A DNA stretch of 64,000 nt. It comes from Mobula hypostoma (taxonomy: Eukaryota). Below the pieces are notes generated by a model. That model had not been told where the DNA came from. It was given only the letters and a program-made list of their open reading frames with translations, and did no database searches. This document shows positions 37,760 through 52,731 of the stretch, piece after piece; within the stretch, counting starts at the first letter, position 1; every line of letters starts with the position of its first letter. Where the stretch lies: the NCBI RefSeq assembly GCF_963921235.1, contig NC_086097.1, positions 199,394,001 through 199,458,000 of the forward strand, given 5' to 3'. A program made the translations under genes and the position numbers.

Positions 37760-37934
37760 ATATAGAGATATTGCCTCTGAAATGCTCTGACAGGCAAAAG
37801 CAAATCTAGGGCTGGAGCTTTACAATTGAAGTAGAAAATTAAACACAGTTTTTTAGTATTTAAAAATAACTGAAACACATTCTTCAATTATAAATAATTA
37901 ATAACATTCAGCTAAATTCACCGTTCACCTTGGT

Positions 37935-38365
37935 GGAAAAAAACACTGGCACACCACACGGATGAGTGCTTAGCCCACTGCTCTACTCCCTCTACACTCG
38001 TGACTGTGTGGCTAGGCATAACTCAAAGGCCATCCATAAATTTGCTGATGATACAGCCATTGCTTGCAGAATTTCAGATGGGTGTACAGGAGTGAGATAT
38101 AGCAGCTAGTTGAGTGGTGTCTTATCAATAACCTTGCACTCAACATTAGTAAGACCAAAGAGTTGAGTGTGGACGTCAGAAAGGGTAGAATGAGGGAACA
38201 CAAACCAATGCTCATAGAGGAATCAGAAGTGAAGAGAATGAGCAATTTCGAGTTCTAGGGTGTCAATATATCTGAGGACCTAATCTGGTTTCAATATATC
38301 GATATATTGATGCAACTATAAAGAAGGCAAGACAGTGGCTATATTCAATCAGGAGTTTGAGAGGA
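37935..38365 (+). mobile_element. Rex1 RT fragment
   Basis: [31 protein letters not shown]. Confidence 0.85.
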
Positions 38366-39680
38366 TGGAGGGGTGAAGTAAAGAGCTGGTAAGTTGATTG
38401 GTGAAATCAACTGGAGGAGAGGGAATCTGATAGGAGAGGATAGAAGACCATGGAAGAAAGGGAAGGTGGGAGGCACACCAGCGGGAGATGATGGGCAGGT
38501 AAGAAGATAAGGTGAGAGGGGAAACTGGAATGGGGAATGGTGAAGGGGGGGCAATTACTGGAAGTTCAAGAATTGGACGTTCATGCTATCAGTTTGGAGC
38601 CTGCCCAGATGAAATAGAAAGTGTTGCCTTCCAACTTGTGGGCTTATCACAGCAGTAGAGGAGGCCATGAATTGACATGTTGGAATGGGAACAGGAAGTG
38701 GAATTGAAATGGGTGGCTACAAAGAGATCATGCTTTTTTTCTGGTGGACAGAGCATAGGTGCTCAGAGAAGCGGTCTCCCATATGTCACATATGTCACTA
38801 ATAAGAGAAAAGTTTTCAAATTTACTTGGTCCATTTCCGACTCACAATTACTTGGTCCACACCTGCCCCTACATCTCCTCCCTCTCTGCTATTCAGGGCC
38901 CCAATCAGTCATTCCTGATGAGGTGACACTTCAGTTATGAGTCTCTTGGGGTCATCTACTCTATCTGATGCTCCCAGTATGGCCTTCTGTATATTGGTGA
39001 GACCCAATGTAGATTGGTAGACCGCTTCGCCAAGCACCTTCACTAGCTTCACCTGAAAAAGCAGGATCTCCCTGTAGCCATCCATTTCAATTCCACTTTT
39101 CATTCTCCATTCCGACATGTCAGTCCATGGCCTCCTCTGCTGCCACGATGACGCTACACTCAGGTTGGAGGAACAACACCTTATATTCCGTCTAGGTAGC
39201 TCCAACCTGATGGCATGAACATCGATTTCTTGAACATCCGGCAATTGCATCACCTCCCTCTCAACATTCCCTATTTCTGTTTCCCCTCTAACCATATCTC
39301 CTTACCTGCCCATCATCTCCTCTGGTGCTTCTCCCATCTTCCCTTTCTTCCATGGTCTTCTACCCTCCTCTATCAGATTCCCTCTTTCTCCAGCCGTTAT
39401 CTCTTTCATCAATCAAATTCCCAGCTCTTTACTTTACTCCATCCCCATCCCCTGGTTTCACCGATTACCTGCCACCTTATACTTCTTCCTCCCCTCCCCT
39501 CACTTTCTTAGTCTGACTTCTCCCCTTCCTTTCTAGTCCTGAAGAAGAGTCTCAGCCCAGAACGTCAACAGTTCATCCTTATGCATAGATGCTGTCTGGC
39601 CTGCTGAGCTCCCCCAGCAGTTTGTGGTACAGTTTGTTGTTTTGAATATCCAGCATATGCAGATTTTCTTATGTTTGTGA
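38365..39680. mobile_element. Penelope-like element, inverted (head-to-head) pair including the GIY-YIG endonuclease
   Basis: Minus copy ~38365-38782; plus copy ~38817-39680 encoding VIY.I.CS..GLLYIGETQ.RL.DRFA.HL and LEEQHLIFRLG; decayed hammerhead at 39534-39571. Confidence 0.85.
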
Positions 39681-40584
39681 CTGCTCATAATGGTGCTGGT
39701 ACCATCCCTATTAAATCTAACTAAGCAACATACATTTGAGTGGATTTCTTGGGAAAAACGCAGATGAACACTTCATCAAGGCTTTAGCGACCTTTCAAAG
39801 GGTGCTGGTGTTTCGAATGAATGAGATGCTATGACACACACTAAGTTAATTTGCAAGGCAAAATGCAATCTTTTATAAGACTTACTTGTGTGGATGTGAC
39901 ATCTGAAGAGATTTCATAATAAATGCTTTCTTACACAAGTCAGTTTACAAAGAGGAAGAGAGTTGATTGGTTCAGAACAACTGTAATATGTAAACAGTTT
40001 TTATTTTTCCATGAGTTTGATTCTATTACCTTCTGTAACCTAACTATAAAAAGGTTCCAGTTATACAACTAGCTGTTTCATTTCCTTTATAAAAGTTGAT
40101 GTACAGTTACAAGAAGGGCAAAGGTATTTTATAGAGCGCATAGATCTCTCCTTAGTACAATGAATTAGGGCTTTAATTCATATTAGGAAAAAGAAAGGAA
40201 ATTTAGAGTGAGCAATACTAATTTGAACATGTCTAACAGAATTGTTCATATTTTAGTTCAACTGAGTCAGACTAGATATTAAATAAACAAGAGAAATTCC
40301 ACGTGGTAGTATCCCATTATTTTGTTTCAATAATTATGGGAGAGTTACCTCAGGTTTGTAGTACAGAACCAATACCATCAAATATTGACAAACATCCAGC
40401 AAAACATTATTTCTGAAATATGATTCTACTAATTGTATAAAAATAACCCAACATAAAGAAAGCAGTAAAAATGTCATGGCAAACAATAACCCTAACAAGA
40501 TTTATTTGAAAGTGATTTTATTTATCCAATTTATTTTCAACAAATGAATGTAGTTGGCTTTTTCAGTTGCCTCTTCCTATCCAG

Positions 40585-41200
40585 AACCAGAAATAGAATC
40601 AGGTTTAATATCACTGGGATATGTTGTGAAATTTGTTAACTTAGTGACAGCAGTACAATGCAATACATGATAATATAGAAAAAAAATAGGTAAATCATTT
40701 ACAGTAAGTATACGTATGTATATCAAATAGTTAAATTAAAATAAACAGTGCAAGAACAGAAATTTTTAAAAGTTCGTGGGGTCAATGTCCATTTAGAAAT
40801 TGAATGGCAGAGGGGAAGAAGCTGTTGCTGAATCGCAGTGTGTGCCTTCAGGCTTCTGTACGTCATTCTTGATGGTAACAATGAGAAGAGGGTATGTCCT
40901 GGTTGGTGCTGTCCTTAATGAGGGACACCGCCTTGAAGATGTCTTAGGTACTACAGAGGCTAGTATCCATGATGAAGTTGACTAATTTTACAACTTTGTG
41001 CAGCTTATTTCAATCTTGTGCAGTAGATCCACCCCCCCCCATACCAGATGGTGCAGCCAGCCAGAGTCCTCTCCACATACATCTACAGAAGCTTTCGAGT
41101 GTTTTTGGTTACAAACAAGATATAGATGCTCTCTTGCCTTCTTTATAGCTGTATCAATAAGTTGGGACAAGGTTAGATCCTCAGAGATATTGACACTCAG
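40585..41200 (-). mobile_element. Rex1 3' fragment
   Basis: AGAATCAGGTTTAATATCACTGG tail; VNISEDLT.SQ.ID.AIKKAR. Confidence 0.75.
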
Positions 41201-41979
41201 CTGTGACGGGGGCAGAAGTGAGTGCAATTGCTATTACTATTGAGAAGGTGCTTGGGAAGTCGAAAGGGCCGAAAGTAGGTAAGGCACTTGGACCAAATGG
41301 CCTACATCCCTGGGTTCTGAAAGTGGAAGCTGTAGAGAATGTGCAGGCATTAGTAATGATCTTTCAAAAATCACTAAATTCTGCCATGGTTCTGGAGGAC
41401 TGGAAAATTGCAATGTTGCTCCACTCTTTAAGAAGGGAGGGAGGCAGAAGAAAGGAAACTATCAGCCAGTTAGCCTGACTTCAGCAGTTTGGAAGATGTC
41501 GGAGTGAATTGTTAAGGATGAGGTCTCAGGGCACTTGGAGGCGCATGATAAAATAGGCCAAATTCTGCATGGTAAGGGGAATTCTTGCCTGACAGATCAT
41601 TTGGAATTCTTGAAGGAAATAACAAACAGGATAAACAGAGGAGCATCAGTAGATGTTGTGTACTTGGATTTTAGAAGGCCTATGACAAGGTGCTGTGCAT
41701 GAGGCTGCTTCATAAGGTAAGAGCTGATGGCATAATGTGAAAGATACTATCATGGATCGAGGATTAGCTGACTGGGAAGAGGCAAAGAATGGGAATGAAG
41801 AAAGCCTTTTCTGGTTGGCTGCTGGTGACTTGTGGTGTTCCAGCTGGTGTTGGGACTGCTTCCTTTTACGTTATATGTCAGTTACTTGGATGACGGAATT
41901 GAGGGCTTTGTGGCCAAGTTTGCAGACAACACAAAGATAAGTGGGGAGGCAGGTAGTGTTGAGGAAGCAGGGAGACCTA

Positions 41980-41980
<1 letters not shown>
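41200..41980 (+). mobile_element. Decayed CR1 RT fragment
   Basis: GPNGLHP.VLK, EDWKIA, KFAD. Confidence 0.85.
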
Positions 41981-42358
<378 letters not shown>

Positions 42359-43129
42359 TAATCAGCTAGTGCCCTGAATTCCCTGAATAGCAATGCTGAA
42401 ATGTTATGTAAGGAATTGCTACTCAAGATCTTGTTTGATAATCCACCTCCACAAAAGTTTCTTGTCTAGCTTCATATCCTTCTATTATTTTGATATGGAG
42501 ATCTGTATTGATCTTTGTTTTGTTTTGAAAGATATCAATATCCAAGACTTCACAGTCCTCCAGAAGAATTTAAGATACAGAAGCAGGTGTAGACCATTTG
42601 GAACTTCACTGCTATTCTACCATTCTTCAAATTCATGGTTGATTATCTATCCCAATATCATTTTACTCTTCTAACCAGATTTTCAGTTATATCCAAAAAT
42701 CATTTGATCTGTCTTGAACACACTCTGCAGGTGAGTCTCTGCAACCACCGAAGATTCTTAATACTTGAGCTTTGTCAGTACGTAGTTACCAATTTCCCAG
42801 CCAATTGCTGATTGATCAGAGCATGTTTGGCATTACCAGTTGATACCCATGACTGAAGGGTATTGGTAGTTCAAAACAGGGTTCAATTGCCACTTTCCTT
42901 CATATTAATAAGACATGACTGTTGTGCGTGAGTTGTTGGATTCTCTAAAATAGACAAGTCAGTGCTTACTAATTTAATTTAAATCCTTGGAAAATTCTCA
43001 GAGCTGAAAAAATAATCATTTAAAATGCAAACAGTAAATCTGCAACTGTAGTAATCTCATACAAACCCCCAGAAAATATTGGACGTACATCAGATGTGCT
43101 GGTATTTATCAATGGGCACGTCAACACTT

Positions 43130-43425
43130 CAAAATGAGAGGAAGCACAGCAATGGTTCACCAGGTTGTTTCTTGGATTGGTGGGTTTGACATCAGAGGAG
43201 AAATTGAACAGACTAGCTCTGTGATTTCTTGAGTTTAGAAAAATGAAAGATGAATTTCATTGAAATGTACAAGTTTCTGAGGGAGATTGGCAGTGAAGGT
43301 TTAAAAGATCTTTAGATATTAAGGGAAATGAGATTAGTATAGCAAAATGGTGTTGAGGTAGATGATCAGCCATGATATTTTTGAATGGTGGAGCAGAACT
43401 GAATTGGTCACATGTTCTAATGTTT
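43130..43425 (+). mobile_element. Old CR1 3' end
   Basis: FTRL, LEFRKM, GATCAGCCATGAT..GAATGGTGGAGCAG. Confidence 0.65.
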
Positions 43426-46044
43426 TGGTGCAACGCGGTGCATGGAGCATGTCAGGGGATAACAGCAGCAAGAGCTGAATGACTAGGTGCCACATTAAAT
43501 TAGGCATCAGTGATTTAAATTATGCTCAAATTATAAAGCAAAAACTCCTCCAGGAAAAAATGAATAAAGAGTAATTTTAGACAAATGATATTTTATGTGA
43601 ACAGACATAATTTATTTTCATTAGAACAGAAGTATTTATGCAAAGTCAGCCACAATATGCTACTGGCTTTGTTGCTTTTGAGTTTATTGACAACATTGTA
43701 TACATATTAGAAATGTCTGTGGGAACATGTTTTTGAACAGATTAATGATTGTCCCTGACTTAGTTTCAAAATGTGAAAATTTCAATTTGTGCAACAGAAG
43801 TGTTAGCACCTTTAAGTTCCAGGTCATGGCAATGCAGGACACCTAGTTTTCTATTCAAAATATTGTTACTGGGGACATATCAATTTGATTAAAAAGTGCG
43901 AAATCTTGCTATCCCTGTTCATAGTCAAAGTTATGAATGAACTCAAGAGCTGTTTATGGAATGAATTAAACTACCAAACCTTCTCAGAAGCAGCAGTATA
44001 GTGGCACAGCGAATCAAGCCGCAGTTTCCCAGCTCTACTCATTCTGCACTTTCTCCCTGTTACCATATTGGTTCTTGAATATTCTTTCATTTCCAAAAAT
44101 GTGCTGCTTGATAGGTTAGAAGGATATTATAGGTTACTGTTGGTGTCTAGATGTCTGCTTGATGATTGGTATGGTTTGATGGACTATTTTCATACTGTAA
44201 GATTCTATGACTGTTCTGAAAAATACATTTAAAATTACTCTCTGTGATTTTCATGAGGCACAGCAGTAGAGAATTAGGAACATGCATTAAAAATTCAACA
44301 CCAGCGCTAAATTTGAACTAAATTAAAAATATGCCACATCCTGTTCAGAAAACACAAAGAATACATGGCAGTCTTAGTAAAATCTAACTCTATTTAACAG
44401 GTAGTTTTAAATGTCAGATATTCATGAGATAAGCATTTAAATGCTGCCTTGTAGATCACTGTTGAAAAATCAAAAGAAGATTTCTTTACATAGGGTAAAG
44501 TGGAATTGTATGCAATAAGACTTATAAATACATAAACTTATGTATTTCTTTTCAAATTCCCTCCCTGTTTTTAAACAGAAAATGCATGTTTTTGATGAAG
44601 AATGATTTGGTGGGTCAGCAGAGCATCACAAATTAGTCTACACAATGTGAGAATGTTGTTGGGCTGTTTACTGTAAACCCTTTGAGGAAGATCTGTGCAA
44701 TATTTCTGACATAATAAAAAAATGCTTGGAAGCAGCAAAGTAAAAATGACAAATAACATTAATAAAGCTTGGCTCTTGGTACTGAATCATTCTCACAGAC
44801 TGGGAACTTAGAGTGAAGTGTCAGTTGATAAAGTCAACATGGTCAGCTATCAACCTGGCACTTAGAACCTCATGTCCAATTCTTCAACACAAGATATTCT
44901 GCAGATGCTCAAAATCCAGATAACCACACACAAAATGCTGGAAGAAATCAGCAGGTCAGGCAGCAACTATGTAAATCAATAAATAGTCAACATTTCGGGC
45001 AGAGACCCTCTATCAGAACTGGAATTGAAGAGGTAATAGGCCAGAATAAGAAGGTGATGGAAGGGGAAAGAGGACAAGGTGATAGGTGAAGCCAGGTGAG
45101 TGGGGGAGAGGAGATGCGTTGATAGGTGGTAATGGGCTGAGAAGAAGGAATCTGATTGGAGAGGACAGCGAATTATGGGAAAAAGGGAAGGAGGAGGGGT
45201 ACCAAGGAATGTGATACACAGGTGAGGAGAACAGGGAAGAGGCCAGAATGGGGAATTGAAGAAGAATGAAGTGGTGAAGGGGCGGGGGGGAATAAATGGA
45301 TATTAGAGATATGGAAATTTATGCCATCAAGCTGGAGGCTACCTAGACAGAATATAAGGCTTTGCTCCTCCAACCATAAATTGACCTCATTGTGGCAGAA
45401 CAGGAGACCATGGACTGACATGTTCGGATGTGAATGAGGATAGGAATTAAAATGGTTGGCCACTGGGAAATGCTGCTTTTTTGCAGATGGATTAGAGGTG
45501 CTTTGCTGAGTACCTCTACTGCATATGCAAACAGCAGGATTTACCAGTGGCTACTATAGTGTATTGATTATTTCAGTAATATTTGAGCAATATTCTAAAT
45601 ATATTGTTTGATAAAGCATTCTTTGTTGTTTACAAAATTCATTATATGGAAGAATCCATTAACATGGAAGAAATATGTGAATGGCAGATGTCATTACACC
45701 ACTACATCATATGTGAGTGCATCACTAAAAAAAACTAGGTAGACAGGTCTCTGGAGTCACAAAACATAACAGTGGTGATGAGGAATTTTTAAAGTGACTA
45801 CCTACCTCTTGAAGCACAGGGCGTTCCTTTCTTTCAGAAGAGGACAGAGACATTCAAGTTTTTAAAAAGTGCAGCATGTGTTTATTCAGAAGTTGAGAGA
45901 AACATTTGAGTTAAAAAAGAAGGCAAAAAATGGACGAAATTCATGGACTCATCAACAGTGAGGCTGGGTGATAATAATAAACAAAAAAATCAGAGATGGC
46001 TGGCTGTATTGGAAAGATAGATGTGTTTGATTGCTCAACGGATG

Positions 46045-46211
46045 CTATTATATTATTTCTGTATTTGCATGATATTTAGTCTATTCAATATACATATACT
46101 GTAATTTATTTATTTATTTATTTATTCTTTATTATGTATTGCATTCAACTGCTGCTGCTCAAGTTAACAAATTTCATGACACATGCCAGTGACAATAAAC
46201 CTGCTTCTGAA
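46045..46211 (+). mobile_element. Rex1-type 3' tail insertion
   Basis: AAATTTCATGACACATGCCAGTGACAATAAACCTGCTTCTGA, like ~7935-7990. Confidence 0.7.
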
Positions 46212-46377
46212 AACTGTATTATCTATACCAAACAAATTGTGCAATGTTTTAAGGCAAATAAAATAGCTGATAAGAAACGAGTGCCAGTGTTGCTGAGTGT
46301 AATGAATGGAAAAGCATACAGTTTTTCAGAAGTTTGACAGCTCCAATCAAACCAGCCAAAGTGAGCTTTGCTAACAG

Positions 46378-46533
46378 TCGGCAATCAGTAGGGAATTAAG
46401 AGTTATGGGGAAAAGACAGGTAGGTGGAGATAAATTCATGGCTAGATCAGCCATGATCTTAATGAATGGTGGAGCAAGTTTGAGGGTCCAGATGGCCTAC
46501 TCCTGTTCCTATTTCTTATGCTCTTATGTTCTT
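46378..46533 (+). mobile_element. Short CR1 3' end
   Basis: GATCAGCCATGAT..GGCCTACTCCTG..(TTCTTATG)n. Confidence 0.8.
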
Positions 46534-47854
46534 AACTCACACTTAAATGAGCAGTTGAAATTTCTGTATCAATAGAAACAGCAGACAGAGACACAATTGA
46601 GTTCCAGTTAAAAATGAAAAACAGCATGATCAAAATTGCAGCATTTAGACAGAAACCTGCCTGGCTGAACAAATTGTGTTGTGGTAGATGCTCAAATGCA
46701 CCAGACCAATGTAGGTTCAAAGGCAAAACTTGCAGAAAATGAAACAAAATAGGACACATGCAAAGAGCATGCCAGACAGACAAAAATAAATTGACAGCAC
46801 ACAGGGAAGAGAACAATAAAAAGTCAAGTTGACGTTTCAAAAAGAGCACTAATATGCATGCTGTTGATTAAAAAAATCTCATAATGATGAGAATGACACA
46901 GGACTGTGTAGCATTGAGAATTACAATGTGAAAACCGAGAAGAAACAAGCAATATCGTTTACACCAGAAGTGAACATCCAATTGATTAAAATGGAATTGG
47001 ACACTGACTGATCTGTTTCAGTCATCCGTAAAATAAGTTTGAACGGCATTTTAAAGATACTGCACTGAAGCCTGCAGATATCCTACTAAGAACTTAAACT
47101 GGAGAGAAGATAACTCCTGTGGGTTCTTTGTACCATCCATGATAATGAGGCCAGAGAGCTAAATAACATGGTGGCTGAAAGAATTCTTTCCAAGGTTGAG
47201 TGGAGCCCATAGGTAATATCAGTGGTCCCAATAGCCAAGAAGAATGTTTGGATCTTTCAGTATTTTTAAGGTCACTATAAACCCAATACTAATCAATACT
47301 CGCTGCCCAATATAGAGAATATCTTTGCAAACCTTTCTGGAGGGAAACACATCAGCAAAGTGGACTTATCTGAGGCCTACCTATGGATGGAGATGGAAGA
47401 GCAGTCCAAAGTACTTCTCACCATAAACATTTACAAAGGGCTTTACCGCTGTAATAGGCTTATTTTTGGAAAAGCATTTGCACATGCATTCTGGAAGGAA
47501 GCTATGGATCAGGTACTGCAAGGCTGCTCAGACACTGTGTTACCTGGATGTCACCATTCTTACTGGTGAGGATAACAAGGAACAACTCCAACATCTCACA
47601 CAATGTCAAAAATATTAGAAGTTATGGACTCAGACCACGATGCAAGTGTGAATTCGTTAAACCAAGAATCATTTACTGTGGTCATACCATTGACACACAA
47701 GGATTACTCAAATGATTTGGGAAAATACAAGCAGTGGTAGATGCCCAAAGTCAAAGGATATGTCTCAGTTGCAGTCCTTTTTAGGATTTGTCAATTGCTA
47801 TAACAGGTTACTGCCAAACCTGGCCACTGTGCTCAACCCCTTGAATTTATTACT

Positions 47855-50032
47855 CCCTGGCCTTTAGCATTATCATGGAAAAAGATAGAATCAGAGAGGA
47901 CAGGAAAATTTTTAATTGGGGAAGGGCAAATTATGAGGCTATAAGGCTAGAACTTGCGGGTGTGAATAGGGATGATGTTTTTGCAGGGAAATGTACTATG
48001 GACATGTGGTCGAGGTTAAGGGATCACTTGCAGGATGTTAGGGATAAATTTGTCCCAGTGAGGAAGATAAAGAATAGTAGGGTGAAAGAACCATGGGTGA
48101 CAAGTGAGGTGCAAAATCTACTCAGGTGGAAGAAGACAGCATACATGCGGTTTAGGAAGCAAGGATCAGATGGGTCTATTGAGAAATATAGGGTAGCAAG
48201 AAAGGAGCTTAACAAGGGGCTGAGGAGAGCAAGAAGGGGGCATGAGAAGGCCTTGATGAGTAGGATAAAAGAAAACCCCAAGGCATGCTTCAATTATGTG
48301 AAGAACAAAAGGATGACAGGAGTGAAAGTAGGACCGATTAGAGATAAAGGTGGGAAGATGTGCCTGGAGGCTGTGGAAGTGAGCAAGGTCCTCAATGAAT
48401 ACTTCTCTTTGGTATTCACCAATGAGAGGGAACTTGATGACGGTGAGGACAATATGAGCAAGGTTGATGATCTGGAGCATGTTGCTATTGAGGGAGAGGA
48501 GGTGTTGGAGTTGTTAAAATACGTTAGGATGGATAAGTCCCCAGGGTCTGATGGAATATTCCCCGGGCTGCTCCATGAGGCAAGGGAAGAGATTGCTGAG
48601 CCTCTAGCTAGGATCTTTATGTCCTCGTTGTCCACGGGAATGGTACTGGAGGACTGGAGGGAGGCGAATATTTTCCCCTTGTTCAAAAAAGGTAGTAGGG
48701 ATAGTCCGGGTAATTATAGACCAGTGAGCCTTACGTCTGTGGTGGGAAAGCTGTTGGAAAAGATTCTTAGAGATAGGATCTACAGGCACTTAGAGAATCA
48801 TGGTCTGATCAGGGACAGTCAGCATGGCTTTGTGAAGGGCAGATCGTGTCTAACAAGCCTGATAGAGTTCTTTGAAGAGGTGACCAGGCATATAGATGAG
48901 GGTAGTGCTGTGGGTGTGATCTACATAGATTTTAGTAAGGTATTTGACAAGGTTCCACACGGTAGGCTCATTCAGAAAGTCAGAAGGCATGGGATCCAGG
49001 GAAATTTGGCCAGGTGGATTCAGAATTGGCTTGCCTGCAGAAAGCAGAGGGTCATGTTGGAGGGAGTACATTCAGATTGGAGGGTTGTAACTAGTGGTGT
49101 CCCACAAGGATCGGTTCAGGGACCTCTACTTTTTCTGATTTTTATTAACGACCTGCATGTGGGTGTAGAAGGGTGGGTTGGCAAGTTTGCAGACGACACA
49201 AAGGTCGGTGGTGTTGTGGAGAGTGTAAAGGATTGTAGAAGATTGCAGAGAGACATTGATAGGTTGCAGAACTGGGCTGAGAAATGGCAGATGGAGTTCA
49301 ACCCGGAGAAGTGTGAGGTGGTACACTTCGGAAGGACAAACTCCAAGGCAGATTACAAAGTAAATGGCAGGATACTTGGTAGTGTGGAGGAGCAGAGGGA
49401 TCTGGGGGTAGTTAAGAAAGCTTTTGAGGTGTTAGCTTTCATAAGTTGAGGAATAGAGTTTAAGAGTCGCGAGGTAATGATGCAACTCTATAAGACTCTA
49501 GTTAGGCCACACTTGGAGTACTGTGTCCAGTTCTGGTCACCTCACTATAGGAAGGATATGGAAGCATTGGAAAGGGTACAGAGGAGATTTACCAGGATGC
49601 GGCCTGGTTTAGAGAGTATGCATTATGATCAGAGATTAAGGGAGCTAGGGCTTTACTCTTTGGAGAGGAGGATGAGAGGAGATGTGATAGAGGTATACAA
49701 GATATTAAGAGGAATAGATAGAGTGGAGAGCCAGTGCCTCTTCCCCAGGGCTCCACTGCTCAATACAAGAGGACATGGCTTTAAGGTAAGGGGTGGGAAT
49801 TTCTAAAGGATATTAGAGGAAGGTTTTTTACTCAGAGAGTTGTTGGTGCGTGGAATTCACTGCCTATGTCAGTGGTGGAGGCAGATACACTAGTGAAATT
49901 TAAAAGACTACTAGACAGGTAGGTGGAGGAATTTAAGGTGGAGGTTATATGGGAGGCAGAGTTTAAGGGTCGGCACAACATTGTAGGCTGAAGGGCCTGT
50001 ACTGTGCTGTACTATTCGATGTTCTATGTTCA
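47855..50032 (+). mobile_element. 5'-truncated CR1 nested in Gypsy pol
   Basis: TSD ATTACT (47849-47854 / 50033-50038); GTTCTATG tail. Confidence 0.95.
47875..49806 (+). pseudogene. CR1 ORF2 RT (524 aa open, then a small deletion and a stop)
   Basis: NYRPVSLTSVVGK, YIDFSKVFDKVPH, GVPQGS, KFADDTK. Confidence 0.9.
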
Positions 50033-52693
50033 ATTACTACATCTGTGGAAAACAAGACAATGGACAAAGCAGTGTGAAGTGGCTTTCCAAAAGGCAAAGG
50101 TTTCAGACACTGTACTTACACATTAGGATTCACATCATCCATTGAAGCTTGCCTGTAAGGCCTCGCCTTATGGTATAGGTGTAGTCATGTCACATGTTGT
50201 GGGTGATGGAAGTGAACACCCATAGCCTTTGCATCACGTTCCCTTACCGCTGCAAAGAAAATTACACAGATTGACAGAAGCCTTGACTCTGGTTTGAGGT
50301 GCAAAAGGTTTTAATCTGTACCTGTGAGGGAGTTTACCCTCATTACTGATCACCAACCTCTGAGGTCCATTTTCAACCCAGAGACAGGTGTTTACCAACA
50401 GCAGCAACATGAATGCAGAGGTGGGCACTGTTTCTTAGAAGACACAATTATGTGATCAAATTCAAGAGGACAACTAAATATGGAAATGCTGATGAATCGT
50501 CCTGTTTACTCTTGCAAAAGGAAATACACAAAAATGTACAAAAGAGGACATTCCTCTTGATGTATTCGCCCTAATGCAAATCGAAAGTCTCCCTTTACAG
50601 CAGAGATGATCCAAAGGGAAACCAGAAAAGGCCCCACACTGTCTCAGAAATACATGGCAACCAAAAAAGGCTGGAATATGCACCTTTAAATCCCAGCTCC
50701 CCCATTTTCACCAGCATCGGGATGAACTTTCCCCTCACAGGGGTTGCCTTACATAGGGACTGAAAGGTGTTGTACGGTGCAAGCTGAGAGCTAAAGTGTT
50801 GGAGAAGCTACATGCTAGGTATGGTCTAAATGAAAGCATTAGCTTGAAACTTTGTCTGGTGTCCTGGAATAGGCCATGCACTGTTTGGGATGCCACATGC
50901 CCAAAAGATACCAGGAGCAGTGCCTCTTCATCCCTGAGAATGACATGTATTGCCCTGGTAGAGGATCAACGTGGATTTTGTCGAACCATTCAGGGGCACA
51001 AATTTCTTAGTAGTAGTGGATGCAGCCACAAAGTGGCCAGATAGTGTCCACTACAGCCTCGCAGACTGCTGATGTGTTGAGAAGCCTTTTCTCAAGGACT
51101 GGTATACCAAAACACTTAGTGATAATGAACCACAGTTTGTCACAGAACAGTTTCAGACATTCCAGAAAATGAACGGACAATGACATATTACTTCTGCACA
51201 ATACTACCCAGCTACAAAAACCTTGGTGGAAAGGTTTGTCCAGGGTCCAAAGAATGCATTACGAGCAATGTCAGCAGAACACACTACACTAATATTGAAT
51301 CAGAAGCTCACCAATGTCCTCCTTGCATACCACAATGCAGTACACTCCACACCCAACAACTCACCAGTTATGCTGTTCCTGGGATGACCCTTGTGCTCAG
51401 GCTTGGATTTCCTCAAACCCAATTTCAGAAGGAGTATGTAGGACAAACAGCTGATACAAATTGAGGGCTCCTCAATAAGGAGGTCAATATTTCACTCCTG
51501 GACATGCAGAGGTGATCAAAAGTGCGTACTTGGAAAGATAAAGGAGAGAATTGGGACACTCTCCTACAAGTGCAGATTGCATCTGATATCATCTGGAGAC
51601 CACACATTTATCATTTGGGAAGAGCAGAGTGGATTGTTAGAGAAGGAAGATGTCCAGAGCTGTCACAAACACTTCCTGAGTCTCAGAATCAACTCTTACA
51701 ACCACTGTGGAGTAAGCCCCAGAACCTGAGATTGTTTAACAGGCACAAATCTCTCCTGCCCAGCAGAGTGACTCCTCTTGTCAGGAAAGACATTATCCCA
51801 AAACGAGTAAGAAATCTTCCACAGTGATTAAGTTTTTAGGCCTGAATAGACAATTTAAAATTTACTTTGCTATGGATGTCTATATAAGGATTATTTTATG
51901 TAGTACACTATGCATATAAGATGACTAGAGAACAATACGTTACATATTTGAATAAAGATGCATTCGATACTGGGTTAGATCTTCTAGTTATGCAAGGAGG
52001 AATGAAACATATTTAATATTTCAGTAATATTAGAGTAACATTGTAAATATAATTTGATTATTTATTGTTTACGTGATTCATTATGTGTTATTTGTAAGAA
52101 GTATGTGAATGGCATATGTCGCTATGCCACCATGTCATATGTGAGTGCCTCAATAAAGAAAAGTAAGTGTACATGCTTCCTGGCTCCCATGTTTTTCTTT
52201 TGATTATTTTCTGGAGTTACAATGCACAAAACCAACCATTTAATTTCTACCTCCATTCCTATTCCAACATATTGGTCCATAGTATCCTCTTCTGCTGTGA
52301 TGAGGCCACTCTCATGCTGGAGAAGCAAGACCTCAAATTCTGTTAAGGTAGATCCAACCTGATGGCATGAATATCAATTTCTCCATCTTCCAGTAATTTT
52401 GTACTTCCCCCATCCCGCTTCCTCAAATCCACACTCTGGTCTCTTACCTCTTCTCTTCACCTATCATTTCCTATTGGTGTACCTCCTCCTTCCCTTTCTC
52501 CTGTGGTCCATTGTCCTGTCCTATTCAATTCCTTCTTCTCCAGCCATTTACCATTTCCACCTATCACCTCCCAGATTTTTACTTCATCGCCCCTTCACCA
52601 TCTACCTGGTTTCACCTATCACCTTCTATATTGTCCTCCTTCCCCTGCCCCCCCCACCCACCTTATTATTCTGACACCTGTCCCCTTCCTTTC

Positions 52694-52731
52694 CAGTCTT
52701 GATGAAGGGCCGCTGCCTGAAACATCTACTG
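52694..52731 (+). ncRNA. Degenerate hammerhead ribozyme motif of a Penelope-like element
   Basis: CAGTC-TTGATGA-AGGGCCGCTGCCT-GAAA-CATC-TACTG. Confidence 0.55.

Larger units (their letters stand above)
45555..52231 (+). mobile_element. Gypsy (Mag-like) LTR retrotransposon 2, both LTRs, heavily decayed
   Basis: LTRs ~45555-45771 and ~52003-52231; PBS TGGTGATGAGG; PPT-like AAGGAGGAA; gag MAGCIGKIDVFD, protease MELDT, RT DLSEAYL, RNase H LACKASPYGIG, integrase remnants. Confidence 0.85.

Noticed and set aside
39886..39902. Minus-strand micro-exon (TCTCTTCAG|17 nt|GTAAGT)
   Set aside because: Not frame-preserving, no recognisable peptide, expected by chance; needs RNA-seq
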